The notes beneath the pieces are model-generated. The model saw only the letters and a program-made list of their open reading frames with translations, was not told the origin of the DNA and searched no databases. The position numbers were made by a program, and so were the translations under genes. A stretch of DNA of 64,000 nucleotides from the NCBI GenBank assembly GCA_964404795.1, contig CAYOLI010000002.1, positions 71,766 to 135,765 of the forward strand. The letters run 5' to 3'. The DNA comes from an uncultured Candidatus Saccharibacteria bacterium (lineage in GTDB: Bacteria; Patescibacteriota; Saccharimonadia; Saccharimonadales; 2-12-FULL-41-12). Of this stretch, positions 26,529 through 35,665 are shown piece by piece. Positions within the stretch are counted from its first letter, which is position 1, and every line of letters begins with the position of its first letter.

Positions 26529-26891
26529 TGCTTGCTCCATAATAACTTCCTCGAGCTTATAAAACGAGGTAGTCGGCTTGTATAAATGTGCAACAATATT
26601 AAGACGTTTTTTTTGACTGTTGCTTAATGCAAAAACTTCTGGAGGAATATGCGAGTAAATGATAATAGGTATATTTTGCCAATCTAAATATGACCTAAAT
26701 TCGTAAATAAACTCTAGCCCGTTATGACCACTTAGGGCCAGTTCGAGAACAACAACGTCTGGAGACGATTCCGCTTGATGAATGGCATGTTGAGCAGTGG
26801 ATGAAATAGAAACACGATGATTGGCATTTTCTAGCCATGCTTTTGTTGTTTGGGCTAAGTCGTTATATGGCTCAATTAATAAAATTTTCAT
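26511..26891 (-). CDS. atypical receiver-domain protein (phospho-acceptor Asp replaced by Glu)
   Basis: The REC fold pattern is retained (KILLIEP, DVVVLELALSGHNG, PIIIYS, LYKP). However, beta1 has EP instead of DD and beta3 has E instead of D. Confidence 0.7.
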   Translation of the reverse strand: MKILLIEPYNDLAQTTKAWLENANHRVSISSTAQHAIHQAESSPDVVVLELALSGHNGLEFIYEFRSYLDWQNIPIIIYSHIPPEVFALSNSQKKRLNIVAHLYKPTTSFYKLEEVIMEQAVGSNR

Positions 26892-27601
26892 ACCAAAGCC
26901 AATTGCTCACTTTTGATTAACTCTATACCAAAACCCCGTTTTGAAGACCTTTTAAGGGCTATCAACTGCCCACCCATGGATAGAGCTAAACTATCCGCTA
27001 GCGCCAAGCGAATACCATTACCGTTAGTGCCGTTAACAGAGCTATATGTTTTGCCCGATAGACGTCTGGCTATGTTAAGGTTGTCTTGATTAACATCGCA
27101 GTCCTCAGTAACTACACCAGCAACAATCTGATTGTTGGCTCTCTTAAAAGCAGTTAGCTCGATTGGTTTCCTTTTCGACTGATTATTTGGAATCAAAAGC
27201 AACTGCACAAGACAAAGTAGCGCCGAGCTAAGCGCCTTTTTTTCTATCATAACAGGATGTTTATATCTGTTATCTACCTTGACATAATAATTACTGCCGC
27301 AGACCAACTCCGACGCGTTATGGGCAACGTCATAAAGAATAGACCCGATAGAAGCGGGTTCTAATGGAAGAAGCTTTTGGCCATACTCGCTTTGGGCACA
27401 AAGCATGAAACTGTCTATCAATTCTAGTGCTTGCTCGGTTGTCTCTTTTAGGTTCTCTAGATAAGATAGATTATTAGTTTTATGCGTTAGCTCTACTAAG
27501 CGTGCAATAGTTACCAGCGGGTTTTTTAGCTCGCCAACAACGCCCCTGACTATTTGGCTGGAGGCCTGAGATTGATTAGGCCATAGCTCACTTTCTACCA
27601 A
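26888..27601 (-). CDS. degenerate cytoplasmic histidine-kinase-like protein (H-box His replaced by Gly)
   Basis: VVGELKNPLVTIARL aligns to the H-box xSHELRTPLTxI with Gly at the His position. The N/G1 boxes are weak, and the G2-like box reads GNGIRLALADSLALSMGGQL. An ATGA overlap links it to the receiver gene. Confidence 0.6.
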   Translation of the reverse strand: MVESELWPNQSQASSQIVRGVVGELKNPLVTIARLVELTHKTNNLSYLENLKETTEQALELIDSFMLCAQSEYGQKLLPLEPASIGSILYDVAHNASELVCGSNYYVKVDNRYKHPVMIEKKALSSALLCLVQLLLIPNNQSKRKPIELTAFKRANNQIVAGVVTEDCDVNQDNLNIARRLSGKTYSSVNGTNGNGIRLALADSLALSMGGQLIALKRSSKRGFGIELIKSEQLALV

Positions 27602-27645
27602 AGTAATACCCTCGTTTTCTTATGCACAATTATAACATGTGCTAG

Positions 27646-28293
27646 CTAGGGTTGAAATTCGAAGTTTGGCAAAATAATGTTATTAAAATCGTTTAATCCA
27701 GATTGAGTTTCGGTAGAAATTTTAATTGTTTTGTCTCTGAGCGGCAAAACAACCATTGCCCCTTGAGACGTAGGTGATAATGTGCCATCGAATCTAACCC
27801 CAATAACACTTGGTACCTTTGGTAGTTTATAGGCCGATGCCGTTAATTTAGCGTTTTTCACTTGACCATCGAAGGTAGAAATAACTTGCGAATACGTCTG
27901 GCTAACTACTTCTACTTTTAACATCTGATTGGTTTGAACGTCTCCTGTTACGTAATCTGGGTTGGAAAGAACACTTAATCCGCTTACACCTGTTTGAGTT
28001 ACATATGAGCTCCAGGTTTTTGGATACTTAAACCTAATAGTTCCTAGCGACTCTGGGCCAACGTAATTCTTTAGCGGCTCCTTTTCCCTCTCTAAAAACT
28101 CGTTATCTTTTTCGCTTTTTGTCTTGTCGACTGCAACCTTGACAGCTGCTTCCGATTTTTGATCGCTGTGGTCTTTATAATCCTGTCGTCCCATGTACGC
28201 CCAAACACCAAAACCCGCAGATCCGAGGAACAATATAATTACCAAAATAAATGGGATTAGTAGTATATTTAGTTGCCCACTCTCGTCCTTCAT
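27646..28293 (-). CDS. membrane-anchored hypothetical protein
   Basis: One N-terminal TM segment (LNILLIPFILVIILFLGSAGFGVWAY) precedes a soluble domain with no recognised motif. I prefer the start at 28293 (MKDESGQ); the longest ORF runs to 28329. Confidence 0.55.
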   Translation of the reverse strand: MKDESGQLNILLIPFILVIILFLGSAGFGVWAYMGRQDYKDHSDQKSEAAVKVAVDKTKSEKDNEFLEREKEPLKNYVGPESLGTIRFKYPKTWSSYVTQTGVSGLSVLSNPDYVTGDVQTNQMLKVEVVSQTYSQVISTFDGQVKNAKLTASAYKLPKVPSVIGVRFDGTLSPTSQGAMVVLPLRDKTIKISTETQSGLNDFNNIILPNFEFQP

Positions 28294-28329
28294 AATGCTA
28301 ATGTTACCGAAAACACTCCATCTGCGCAA

Positions 28330-28818
28330 CTACTTGTACTCGTACAAAAACATACTTTTAGTTTTTTGCACTGGCTCTTTCCCTTCAATCATAAAAGCAA
28401 AACTAACCAGCTTGATTGGTCTAAACTTATATGAGTGCAGCATGTTATCTAGCTTGGCCATATATTTTGGTAGCAAAAATACAAATATTCCGTCTGCCTT
28501 TGGCAACTCTTTACGCCAATAATTACCCCAAACAATTATTATATTTTTTCTGTATTTAATGGTTACAAAATAGGAGACAATTACTAAAAATGGATTGATC
28601 TCGTAACCGATAACTTTGAACCCTCTTTTGGCCGCCTCCTTCAATACTCTGCCATCTCCCGAACCAAGATCGATTAACGTTTGTCCATTTTTTAGGTCTA
28701 TGAGATCCAGCGCCTCTTTGGATTGATTTTTCATAGTCGGTAAATATGGAGCACCAAACAAAATTGCAACAAAAAACATCACCACAATTAATAAAATTAT
28801 TACCCCGAGCAATAACAT
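28330..28818 (-). CDS. class I SAM-dependent methyltransferase with an N-terminal TM segment
   Basis: SAM motif I is LIDLGSGDGRVLKEAAKRGFKVIGYEINP. The N-terminus is hydrophobic. Confidence 0.75.
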   Translation of the reverse strand: MLLLGVIILLIVVMFFVAILFGAPYLPTMKNQSKEALDLIDLKNGQTLIDLGSGDGRVLKEAAKRGFKVIGYEINPFLVIVSYFVTIKYRKNIIIVWGNYWRKELPKADGIFVFLLPKYMAKLDNMLHSYKFRPIKLVSFAFMIEGKEPVQKTKSMFLYEYK

Positions 28819-29030
28819 CAGCTTTTGTTGATTACCTCAAACTTTTGTTTGGCCTCATCAAGATATTTTTCCAATTTTACAATAATTTTCTGACCTTCTT
28901 TATACAAAGAAGTTGCCTTATCGATCTCAAGCTCAACGTCTTCTAGCTGAATAATGATTTCTTCTAACTGTGATTTTAGCTCTTGATAGTTCGCCACTTT
29001 CCTAGTCCGCCTTTGCATTAATAATACCAT
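28818..29030 (-). CDS. xseB: exodeoxyribonuclease VII small subunit
   Basis: 70 aa and helical. LEEIIIQLEDVELEIDKATSLYKEGQKIIVKLEKYL matches the XseB pattern. It lies adjacent to xseA. Confidence 0.8.
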   Translation of the reverse strand: MVLLMQRRTRKVANYQELKSQLEEIIIQLEDVELEIDKATSLYKEGQKIIVKLEKYLDEAKQKFEVINKS

Positions 29031-30114
29031 CCTGCAGGGTGATTCTTAGTGACTCCTTATTCTTCACCACTTTACTCGAACGAACAAGTTGCCCATTCGT
29101 TTTGCACACTATCGCATATCCGCGTGTTAGTGGTAACCGAGGATTGAGCAACCTTAGTACCTCTTTTTGCCGATCAATCTCAACTTTAGAACGCAAAAAA
29201 AACCCTTTAAGTTGTTGATCTAGATTAACTTTGCGATGTTCTATGGTTATGCGTTGGTTATTAATAATGGATTCGACTGCTAGATTGAGTGTTCGGGCCA
29301 AGTCAAGCAAAAACTTTTTCTCGTACACTCTGTCGGGAACCAGTAACTGAGCTACATGAGTTGGAGTGCTAGCCCTGGCGTCTGATGCTAACTCTGCCAA
29401 ACTCACGTCTGTTTCGTGACCAATCGCTACCATAGTAGGTATACGGCTGGTAGCAACTGCACGCACTACCAACTCGCTACTATATGCCGATAAGTCATCT
29501 GCACTCCCTCCTCCCCTAATTATCACCAAAACTTCTGGAGGGTTTGCCAGCTGGTTAAAGTACTGCAAGCCGTTTACAATTTGCTTTGGCGAATCTTTGC
29601 CTTGAACTTGAACGTCAAATAACTTGATATCTAGCTTGCCCCAACGCTGAGAGATAACCTTCCGAAAATCTGCTAATCCTGCTGAAGCAAAAGACGAGAT
29701 AACTCCAATTGATTCGGGAGGATACGGCAAAATTCTTTTTCTGGCTTGATCAAAAAGACCCTCTTTTTTAAGTTTTTGTTCTAAAAGTTGCTGAGCACGC
29801 CTAATGGACCCTTCTCCAGAAACCGTAATTTCTATAATATTTAGCGTTAACCCATATTTGGGATGCATTCTTGGCGATGCTAATACCTCGAGTAATAGGC
29901 CGTCTTCAAGTGGACCAGGCAATTGCCTAGTTGTACCGAAAAACCTCACACTTGCAAAATCATCCTTTAAATCGAAATAGACCCATTGATTACGACTTAT
30001 TTTAAAACTTGCCAGTTCTCCCACTATGCTCACCGATGGATACATCATCTCTAACGATTGATTAAAAACCGCCACAAATTCCGAAGCAGAGAAAATCGGT
30101 ACTAGGTTGGCCAC
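29002..30114 (-). CDS. xseA: exodeoxyribonuclease VII large subunit
   Basis: FSASEFVAVFNQSLE...VSIVGELASFK...WVYFDLKD forms the OB fold, with IIRGGGSADDL and a C-terminal coiled region. Confidence 0.9.
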   Translation of the reverse strand: MANLVPIFSASEFVAVFNQSLEMMYPSVSIVGELASFKISRNQWVYFDLKDDFASVRFFGTTRQLPGPLEDGLLLEVLASPRMHPKYGLTLNIIEITVSGEGSIRRAQQLLEQKLKKEGLFDQARKRILPYPPESIGVISSFASAGLADFRKVISQRWGKLDIKLFDVQVQGKDSPKQIVNGLQYFNQLANPPEVLVIIRGGGSADDLSAYSSELVVRAVATSRIPTMVAIGHETDVSLAELASDARASTPTHVAQLLVPDRVYEKKFLLDLARTLNLAVESIINNQRITIEHRKVNLDQQLKGFFLRSKVEIDRQKEVLRLLNPRLPLTRGYAIVCKTNGQLVRSSKVVKNKESLRITLQDGIINAKAD

Positions 30115-31160
30115 TTTGTTTTATCAACCCCGTTGATAGCTTTGTGGTAATAGTAATACCCTGGTGGTAACTGAATAACCAAGGTCAAAACTCGATACAT
30201 AATAGTGACCGGTATGCTTAGCGCCGCTGGTACGCCGGATGCCACCAAAACTCCGGTCATTAGTGCCTCATAAACCCCTATTCCACCAGGTAATACAGAG
30301 ATCAGACCCGCAAAATTGGCCACTGCAAATCCTAAAATTACTGCCCCTACATTTACTGGAGAACCAAAAGCCAAATAAACTGCATAAAGCGTTGCTACCT
30401 CTGAAAAATTTGCTACAAAAGCCCAAAAAAGTGGCGCTTTTAATTTTTTTAGGTCCTTAGTTAAAACAATATAATTTTCATGTAGTTCTAAAAAAAGCTC
30501 TCTGGCCGAGTCAACCTTAATGACCTCGGGGTGCTTGGGGCAAACTACTTTAATTACTCGATTCAAAAACTGGGTGATTTGGGTAAAAAAACTATCAATT
30601 CTACTTTCGCTACCTACAATATATGCAACCAGCAAGGTGGCAACTATAGTTAAAGTCACGATGGAGCTGGCGGTTAATATGGTTAAATTATTGGCTTTTC
30701 CGGAAACCGACAAAGCCAATAGACCAAACAACAACAATGCCTGAAAAGATAAAAACGCCGTAACAAAACGCATCATCTGTACTAAAGTTGACTTACCTGT
30801 GCTTACCCCCATCGACTTCATGCGCAGGCCGACATAAGAGAAACCCGACACTCCGGCGCTAGGAAAAACATGATTAACAAAATTGAGCTCTAGCATCAGC
30901 TTATAAAGAGAGCTATATTTGATCTTCGTTCCTAAAATATCGAATAATCCTCTATATAGGGCGGTATAGGCGTGGTAATTGACTACCTGCCAAATAACTA
31001 CGAAACTCAAAACCCACAAATGAACCTGCTTTAAGTTACGAAATGTTTCCTCTATCTGTCCTCTTAAGAGGACAATTAAAAGCACCAACGCACCTAGCGT
31101 AAACCAGGTCAAAATCAGTCGCCATTTTTTGCTGCGACGATGCTTTTCTTCCTCACTCAT
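30102..31160 (-). CDS. flippase-like / lysyl-phosphatidylglycerol-synthase TM-region family membrane protein (UPF0104)
   Basis: About 8 TM segments are present, with VLPGGIGVYEALM typical of this family. Confidence 0.65.
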   Translation of the reverse strand: MSEEEKHRRSKKWRLILTWFTLGALVLLIVLLRGQIEETFRNLKQVHLWVLSFVVIWQVVNYHAYTALYRGLFDILGTKIKYSSLYKLMLELNFVNHVFPSAGVSGFSYVGLRMKSMGVSTGKSTLVQMMRFVTAFLSFQALLLFGLLALSVSGKANNLTILTASSIVTLTIVATLLVAYIVGSESRIDSFFTQITQFLNRVIKVVCPKHPEVIKVDSARELFLELHENYIVLTKDLKKLKAPLFWAFVANFSEVATLYAVYLAFGSPVNVGAVILGFAVANFAGLISVLPGGIGVYEALMTGVLVASGVPAALSIPVTIMYRVLTLVIQLPPGYYYYHKAINGVDKTKWPT

Positions 31161-31187
31161 TGATTTACTATTATACTAAATTACAAG

Positions 31188-32378
31188 ATGCAAAGCTTGT
31201 TAATTTTGGGACGTCAGCCCAAACTCGGAACTGCAGAACTAGAAAGTTTATACGGTCCAGACAAAATACAGCCACTCGGCGATAATGGCTGTCTGCTGGA
31301 TATCGATTGGACCAAAGTTAACTTTAATGAACTTGGTGGCTCACTTAAGCTAGCCCAGGTTATTTCTGTTCTTGATACTACAAACTGGCATCAGTTATCA
31401 AATGAATTAAACAAAATTTTAGGCGAGCAGCTAAGCAAACTAGACGAAAGCAAAGTTAACCTCGGTATTAGCTCTTATGGATTAGACGTCAACCCGAGAC
31501 AATTATTGGCAACTGGTCTATCGCTAAAAAAATATGCAAAATCAATTAATCGATCGATTAGGGTTATTCCTAACAAAAATACTTATTTGTCTAGTGCACA
31601 AGCAATACATAACAAATTAGCTGGATCACAAGGAATAGAATTTATCTTGGTTAAACAAGAAGGCCGAACAATTGTGGCCACAACACGAGCGGTTCAAGAC
31701 ATCGAAGCATATTCTACACGCGACAGACAACGACCAAAAAGAGACGCGAGAGTCGGAATGCTACCTCCTAAACTAGCTCAAATTATAATAAATTTGGCTC
31801 GAGCCAATAACTCGCAAAATCAACAGCAAAAAAAACTAATACTGCTAGATCCATTCTGTGGTAGTGGCGTAGTGCTTCAAGAAGCCCGACTGATGGGACT
31901 GGACGTACTAGGTAGTGATATTGATGAGCGCATGATTGAATTTTCTAAAGACAACATGGCCTGGCTTGACAACATGATACCACCTGGCCAAGTGCGGTAT
32001 GAGCTCGAAATTGCAGATGCCACACAGCATCAATGGCTTCATAAGTTCGATATTATTGCCTGCGAAACTTTCTTGGGGCCGCCTCTTAGTTCGCTACCGC
32101 CTGCCAGCCAATTAAAGCAAATTGTTCAGAACTGTAACAACCAAGTTAAACTATTTTTGCAAAATGTGGCTAACCAAACAAAAAATGGCTTTAGAATGTG
32201 CGTAGCTGTGCCTGCCTGGAAGACAAAAAATGATTTTTTACACCTTCCAGTTATTGCCTCTTTAGATAAATTGGGTTATAATCGTATCAACCTAGAGCAT
32301 GCTCAGACAAACGAATTGATCTATCACAGACCAGGTCAAATCGTTGCTCGGGAATTGGTTACACTAGAAAGAAAGTAG
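31188..32378 (+). CDS. putative RNA (guanine-N2-type, UPF0020-like) methyltransferase
   Basis: LLDPFCGSGVVLQEARLMGLDVLGSDID is SAM motif I of the UPF0020/Trm11-like type. Motif IV is atypical (CETFLGPP). Confidence 0.55.
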   Translation: MQSLLILGRQPKLGTAELESLYGPDKIQPLGDNGCLLDIDWTKVNFNELGGSLKLAQVISVLDTTNWHQLSNELNKILGEQLSKLDESKVNLGISSYGLDVNPRQLLATGLSLKKYAKSINRSIRVIPNKNTYLSSAQAIHNKLAGSQGIEFILVKQEGRTIVATTRAVQDIEAYSTRDRQRPKRDARVGMLPPKLAQIIINLARANNSQNQQQKKLILLDPFCGSGVVLQEARLMGLDVLGSDIDERMIEFSKDNMAWLDNMIPPGQVRYELEIADATQHQWLHKFDIIACETFLGPPLSSLPPASQLKQIVQNCNNQVKLFLQNVANQTKNGFRMCVAVPAWKTKNDFLHLPVIASLDKLGYNRINLEHAQTNELIYHRPGQIVARELVTLERK

Positions 32379-32380
32379 AT

Positions 32381-32653
32381 ATGAGTAAAGTAAAAGCCGG
32401 CGGCTCCAGTAAAAATGTTCACGATAGTCCAGGAAAAAGATTGGGCGTCAAACTATTTGGTGGCGAAAAAGTAAAAACCGGCCAAGTTATCGTCAGACAG
32501 GTTGGTATGTCAAAAAGAGCCGGCAGTGGAACTAAAATTAGTCGAAATTATACAATTCACGCCGATCGAGACGGCATTGTCAGTTACCAAACACGAAAAG
32601 TTCGTAGTTTTACTGGCAAAACAGTTCGACGAACAGAAGTCATCGTTAAATAA
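32381..32653 (+). CDS. rpmA: 50S ribosomal protein L27
   Basis: KAGGSSKNVHDSPGKRLGVKLFGGEKVKTGQVIVRQ is present. Confidence 0.95.
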   Translation: MSKVKAGGSSKNVHDSPGKRLGVKLFGGEKVKTGQVIVRQVGMSKRAGSGTKISRNYTIHADRDGIVSYQTRKVRSFTGKTVRRTEVIVK

Positions 32654-32739
32654 CTAAAGACCATAACATACATTCTGCTTATGCTTGCAATCTGTAGTGG
32701 CTTGGTTTATAAAGATATCTACTAAGAGGGAGAGGTTTT

Positions 32740-33594
32740 ATGGAACACTTGCGCGCATTATATCAAGAGAAAAGCTTTAGGCGTTTGTTGCTATCTAGCT
32801 GGATACTTTTGACTTTATCGGTATTCGTTTCACTTGTTCTAGCTTCAGCTTCAAAAACTGACGCCCTACCAGCAAAAACATTATCAAAAAAATGCACCAC
32901 AACAAATGCTAATATAAAAATCTCTGGAAATAAGGCGATTGGAACCTTCACGGTGCCACAATCTTGTCCTGGAACGCACGTTGTATTCGCATCATATAAG
33001 GCACCTAATGGTACGGATGGAAAGCCATTTGCGGATCAAGTTCTGTTTGCATCTAACAGCAGTAAATTTGGCCCCGGTAATCACCAAATATCGGTTGCTC
33101 TTCCTGATTGTTACTATCAAGTCGATTTAGCAAGAGGCACATTACTGCAGAATTTCAAGAGAACTACCTACAATACATCTGCAGATCACATTTTACTGAC
33201 AGCTCGGCACGGTGGGAGTAAATCATGCGATCAAAAGCCCCCAGTTGCCCCACAAGAACCAACTTCTCCAGCGGAGCCCATAAAGCCAGAAGAGCCAAAA
33301 CCAGTCCCTCCAGCCGAAACAAGCCCTACGCCACCCCAACAAAATATTACGATGATCCAAAACCAAAGCCAGAGCCAAAACAGTACTAATATTGTTAACG
33401 CTTCAACACCGGTAGTTACTAGTCCTCAAAAACAATCAGATGAGTATACCCCAACAGCTCAACCTGTAACACCTGCAGGAGGAAGTTTACCAGAGACCGG
33501 TGCTAGCGCTGGATCGATCGTTGCTACTTTCTTCGGTGTTAGTACTCTTAGCACTACTTTGTATTACGTAGTTACAGCCAGATTATTTGGCTAA
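32740..33594 (+). CDS. LPXTG-anchored cell-surface protein with a Pro-rich stalk
   Basis: The protein has an N-terminal signal/TM segment, a Cys-containing globular domain, a PxxP-rich stalk (PPVAPQEPTSPAEPIKPEEPKPVPP), an LPETG motif, a hydrophobic segment and a basic tail. Confidence 0.8.
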   Translation: MEHLRALYQEKSFRRLLLSSWILLTLSVFVSLVLASASKTDALPAKTLSKKCTTTNANIKISGNKAIGTFTVPQSCPGTHVVFASYKAPNGTDGKPFADQVLFASNSSKFGPGNHQISVALPDCYYQVDLARGTLLQNFKRTTYNTSADHILLTARHGGSKSCDQKPPVAPQEPTSPAEPIKPEEPKPVPPAETSPTPPQQNITMIQNQSQSQNSTNIVNASTPVVTSPQKQSDEYTPTAQPVTPAGGSLPETGASAGSIVATFFGVSTLSTTLYYVVTARLFG

Positions 33595-33596
33595 AA

Positions 33597-33980
33597 TTAA
33601 GAGCCAGCAAGGTGTTGTTTAATACGTTCAACAACTTCGGCAATCACTACCTGTGATTTTACAAGATACTCATCGACACCCAACGCCTTAGCACGCTCTT
33701 TATCACTATCTTGGCTCAAGGCAGTTAGCATAATTACCTTGGCTTTAGAGGTACCTGGGTTATTGCGTAATATATCAAGTACATCAAAGCCACTAACTTT
33801 GGGCATCATTACATCAAGCAGTATTAAATCAGGTGGTGATTGGGTTGCTTCGGCCAATGCCTCTTCCCCGTTAATAGCTCGTTTGGTATTAAAACCTTCT
33901 GCCTGCAATCGGGTTTCGTAAACATTACCCAAATTGTCGTCGTCCTCGACGATTAATATCGTTTTCATGTTATCACTCAT
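33597..33980 (-). CDS. single-domain response regulator (CheY-like, canonical)
   Basis: ILIVEDDDN, DLILLDVMMPKVSG, VIMLTAL and YLVKS are all present, so every canonical REC residue is retained. Confidence 0.9.
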   Translation of the reverse strand: MSDNMKTILIVEDDDNLGNVYETRLQAEGFNTKRAINGEEALAEATQSPPDLILLDVMMPKVSGFDVLDILRNNPGTSKAKVIMLTALSQDSDKERAKALGVDEYLVKSQVVIAEVVERIKQHLAGS

Positions 33981-33995
33981 GGTGTTAATGCTAAT

Positions 33996-35588
33996 TTATT
34001 TTGACTTTTTTTTCAAGCTTCGAACAAATCCTATAAACAAAGGATGTGGCCTTGTTGGCCTCGAATTGAACTCGGGATGGAATTGACTGGCAACAAAATA
34101 TGGGTGGACAGTTCCTTCGATAACTTCTACCAAATCGCCATCTGGGCTAAGACCCACCGGTTTTATTCCCCACGACTCGTACTGATCACGGTACTTGTTA
34201 TTACATTCATAACGATGCCTGTGCCGCTCGTTAATAGTACTAGATCCATACAATTTTCTGGTTTTACTATCTTTTGCCAGTTCACATGGATAGTTACCAA
34301 GCCGCATTGAACCACCTGTATTTTCTTTGCCTTTTTGTCCATCCATAGTCGAGATAACCTGATTCTTCGATTGATCTGAAAATTCGGACGAATTAGCATC
34401 TTTTAGCCCCCCTCGTCTTGCGGCAGCAATCACAGCTACTTGAAGTCCTAGGCATAACCCCAAATACGGAATATTATTTTCGAGAGCAAACTGAGCTGCT
34501 AAAATCTTACCTTCAACACCCCTTTGACCAAATCCACCTGGCACTAAAATGCCATCAAACTTCTTTAGATCTTTGACGTTTAGCTTTTCCGAATCAACAA
34601 TTTCGACATCAATATTCACACCTTCCTCCCAGGATGCAGAGCGTATTGCTTCGAATACTGATAGATATGTGTCTTGATTGTCAAGATACTTAGCAATAAA
34701 GCCAATCCGATACGCTTCTGTTGGCTCTTTCAGGGCCCTAGTAACCATGGCCTTCCACTTAGAATTATTTGGACGTTTTACCTTCAATCCTAAATGCTTG
34801 ACTATCCGCTCGTCAATGCCCTGTTCTTCGAGTGTAATTGGCACTTGATAAATGGTCTTGGCATTGGGCAAAAGTGCAACTGCCTCTTTAGCGATTCCTC
34901 CATATAAACTCAGTTTATTAATCACCTCTCCCCGAGCAGGAACCTCGCTCCGTGCAACCAATACGTCTGGAATAATACCAACAGCCCGCAAATCTTTGAG
35001 TGCATTTTGAGCTGGTTTTGTCTTGATCTCGCGACTTGCCCCAAGATACGGCAAATAAACAACATGTACATACACACAGTTGTCCCGGCCCAACTGCAGT
35101 CCGAGTTCTCTAATAGCTTCTATAAAAGCTGGGCTTTCATAGTCACCAACCGTACCTCCAACTTCTGCAATATGAACATCAAAACCCTGGCTCGCTTCCA
35201 AAATTGCTTCTTTGATAGACCCAGTAAAATGAGGCAAAACTTGAACAGTTTGACCCAGAAACTTTCCTTGCCTCTCGGACTGAATCAAATCACGTAATAG
35301 CCGGCCGCTCATTACGCTACTTTTTTGCGAAAGCTCTATATCTAAAAATCTTTCGTAATGACCAAGATCTAGATCTGTTTCTGCCCCATCAGCAGTAACA
35401 AAGCACTCGCCGTGTTCAGCCGGATTAAGTGTGCCTGCATCAACGTTCAAATATGGATCAAGCTTTTGTAGATTAACTCTCAGACCACGGGACTGCAAAA
35501 TTTGAGCAATTGAAGCAGCGGTAATACCCTTACCAAGCCCAGATAATACACCACCCGTAACAAAAATATATTTTGTCTTACTTGCCAC
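33996..35588 (-). CDS. pyrG: CTP synthase
   Basis: KYIFVTGGVLSGLGKGI is present, and the GATase domain carries GLCLGLQ and HRHRYE. Confidence 0.95.
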   Translation of the reverse strand: MASKTKYIFVTGGVLSGLGKGITAASIAQILQSRGLRVNLQKLDPYLNVDAGTLNPAEHGECFVTADGAETDLDLGHYERFLDIELSQKSSVMSGRLLRDLIQSERQGKFLGQTVQVLPHFTGSIKEAILEASQGFDVHIAEVGGTVGDYESPAFIEAIRELGLQLGRDNCVYVHVVYLPYLGASREIKTKPAQNALKDLRAVGIIPDVLVARSEVPARGEVINKLSLYGGIAKEAVALLPNAKTIYQVPITLEEQGIDERIVKHLGLKVKRPNNSKWKAMVTRALKEPTEAYRIGFIAKYLDNQDTYLSVFEAIRSASWEEGVNIDVEIVDSEKLNVKDLKKFDGILVPGGFGQRGVEGKILAAQFALENNIPYLGLCLGLQVAVIAAARRGGLKDANSSEFSDQSKNQVISTMDGQKGKENTGGSMRLGNYPCELAKDSKTRKLYGSSTINERHRHRYECNNKYRDQYESWGIKPVGLSPDGDLVEVIEGTVHPYFVASQFHPEFNSRPTRPHPLFIGFVRSLKKKSK

Positions 35589-35665
35589 TTCACCCTACCT
35601 ATTTAATCAACTTCAATATCAATATTAACTTATTTTCAAGGTGTTACGCAAATATCACCAACAAT

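Noticed and set aside
26511-26596. The 86-nt overlap between recO and the receiver-like gene, and the similar 71-nt overlap of the longest tsf ORF with rpsB (55914-55984).
   Set aside because: These are artefacts of taking the longest ORF. Internal TTG (26528) and GTG (55912, preceded by GGGAG) starts give N-termini matching the conserved RecO and EF-Ts starts.
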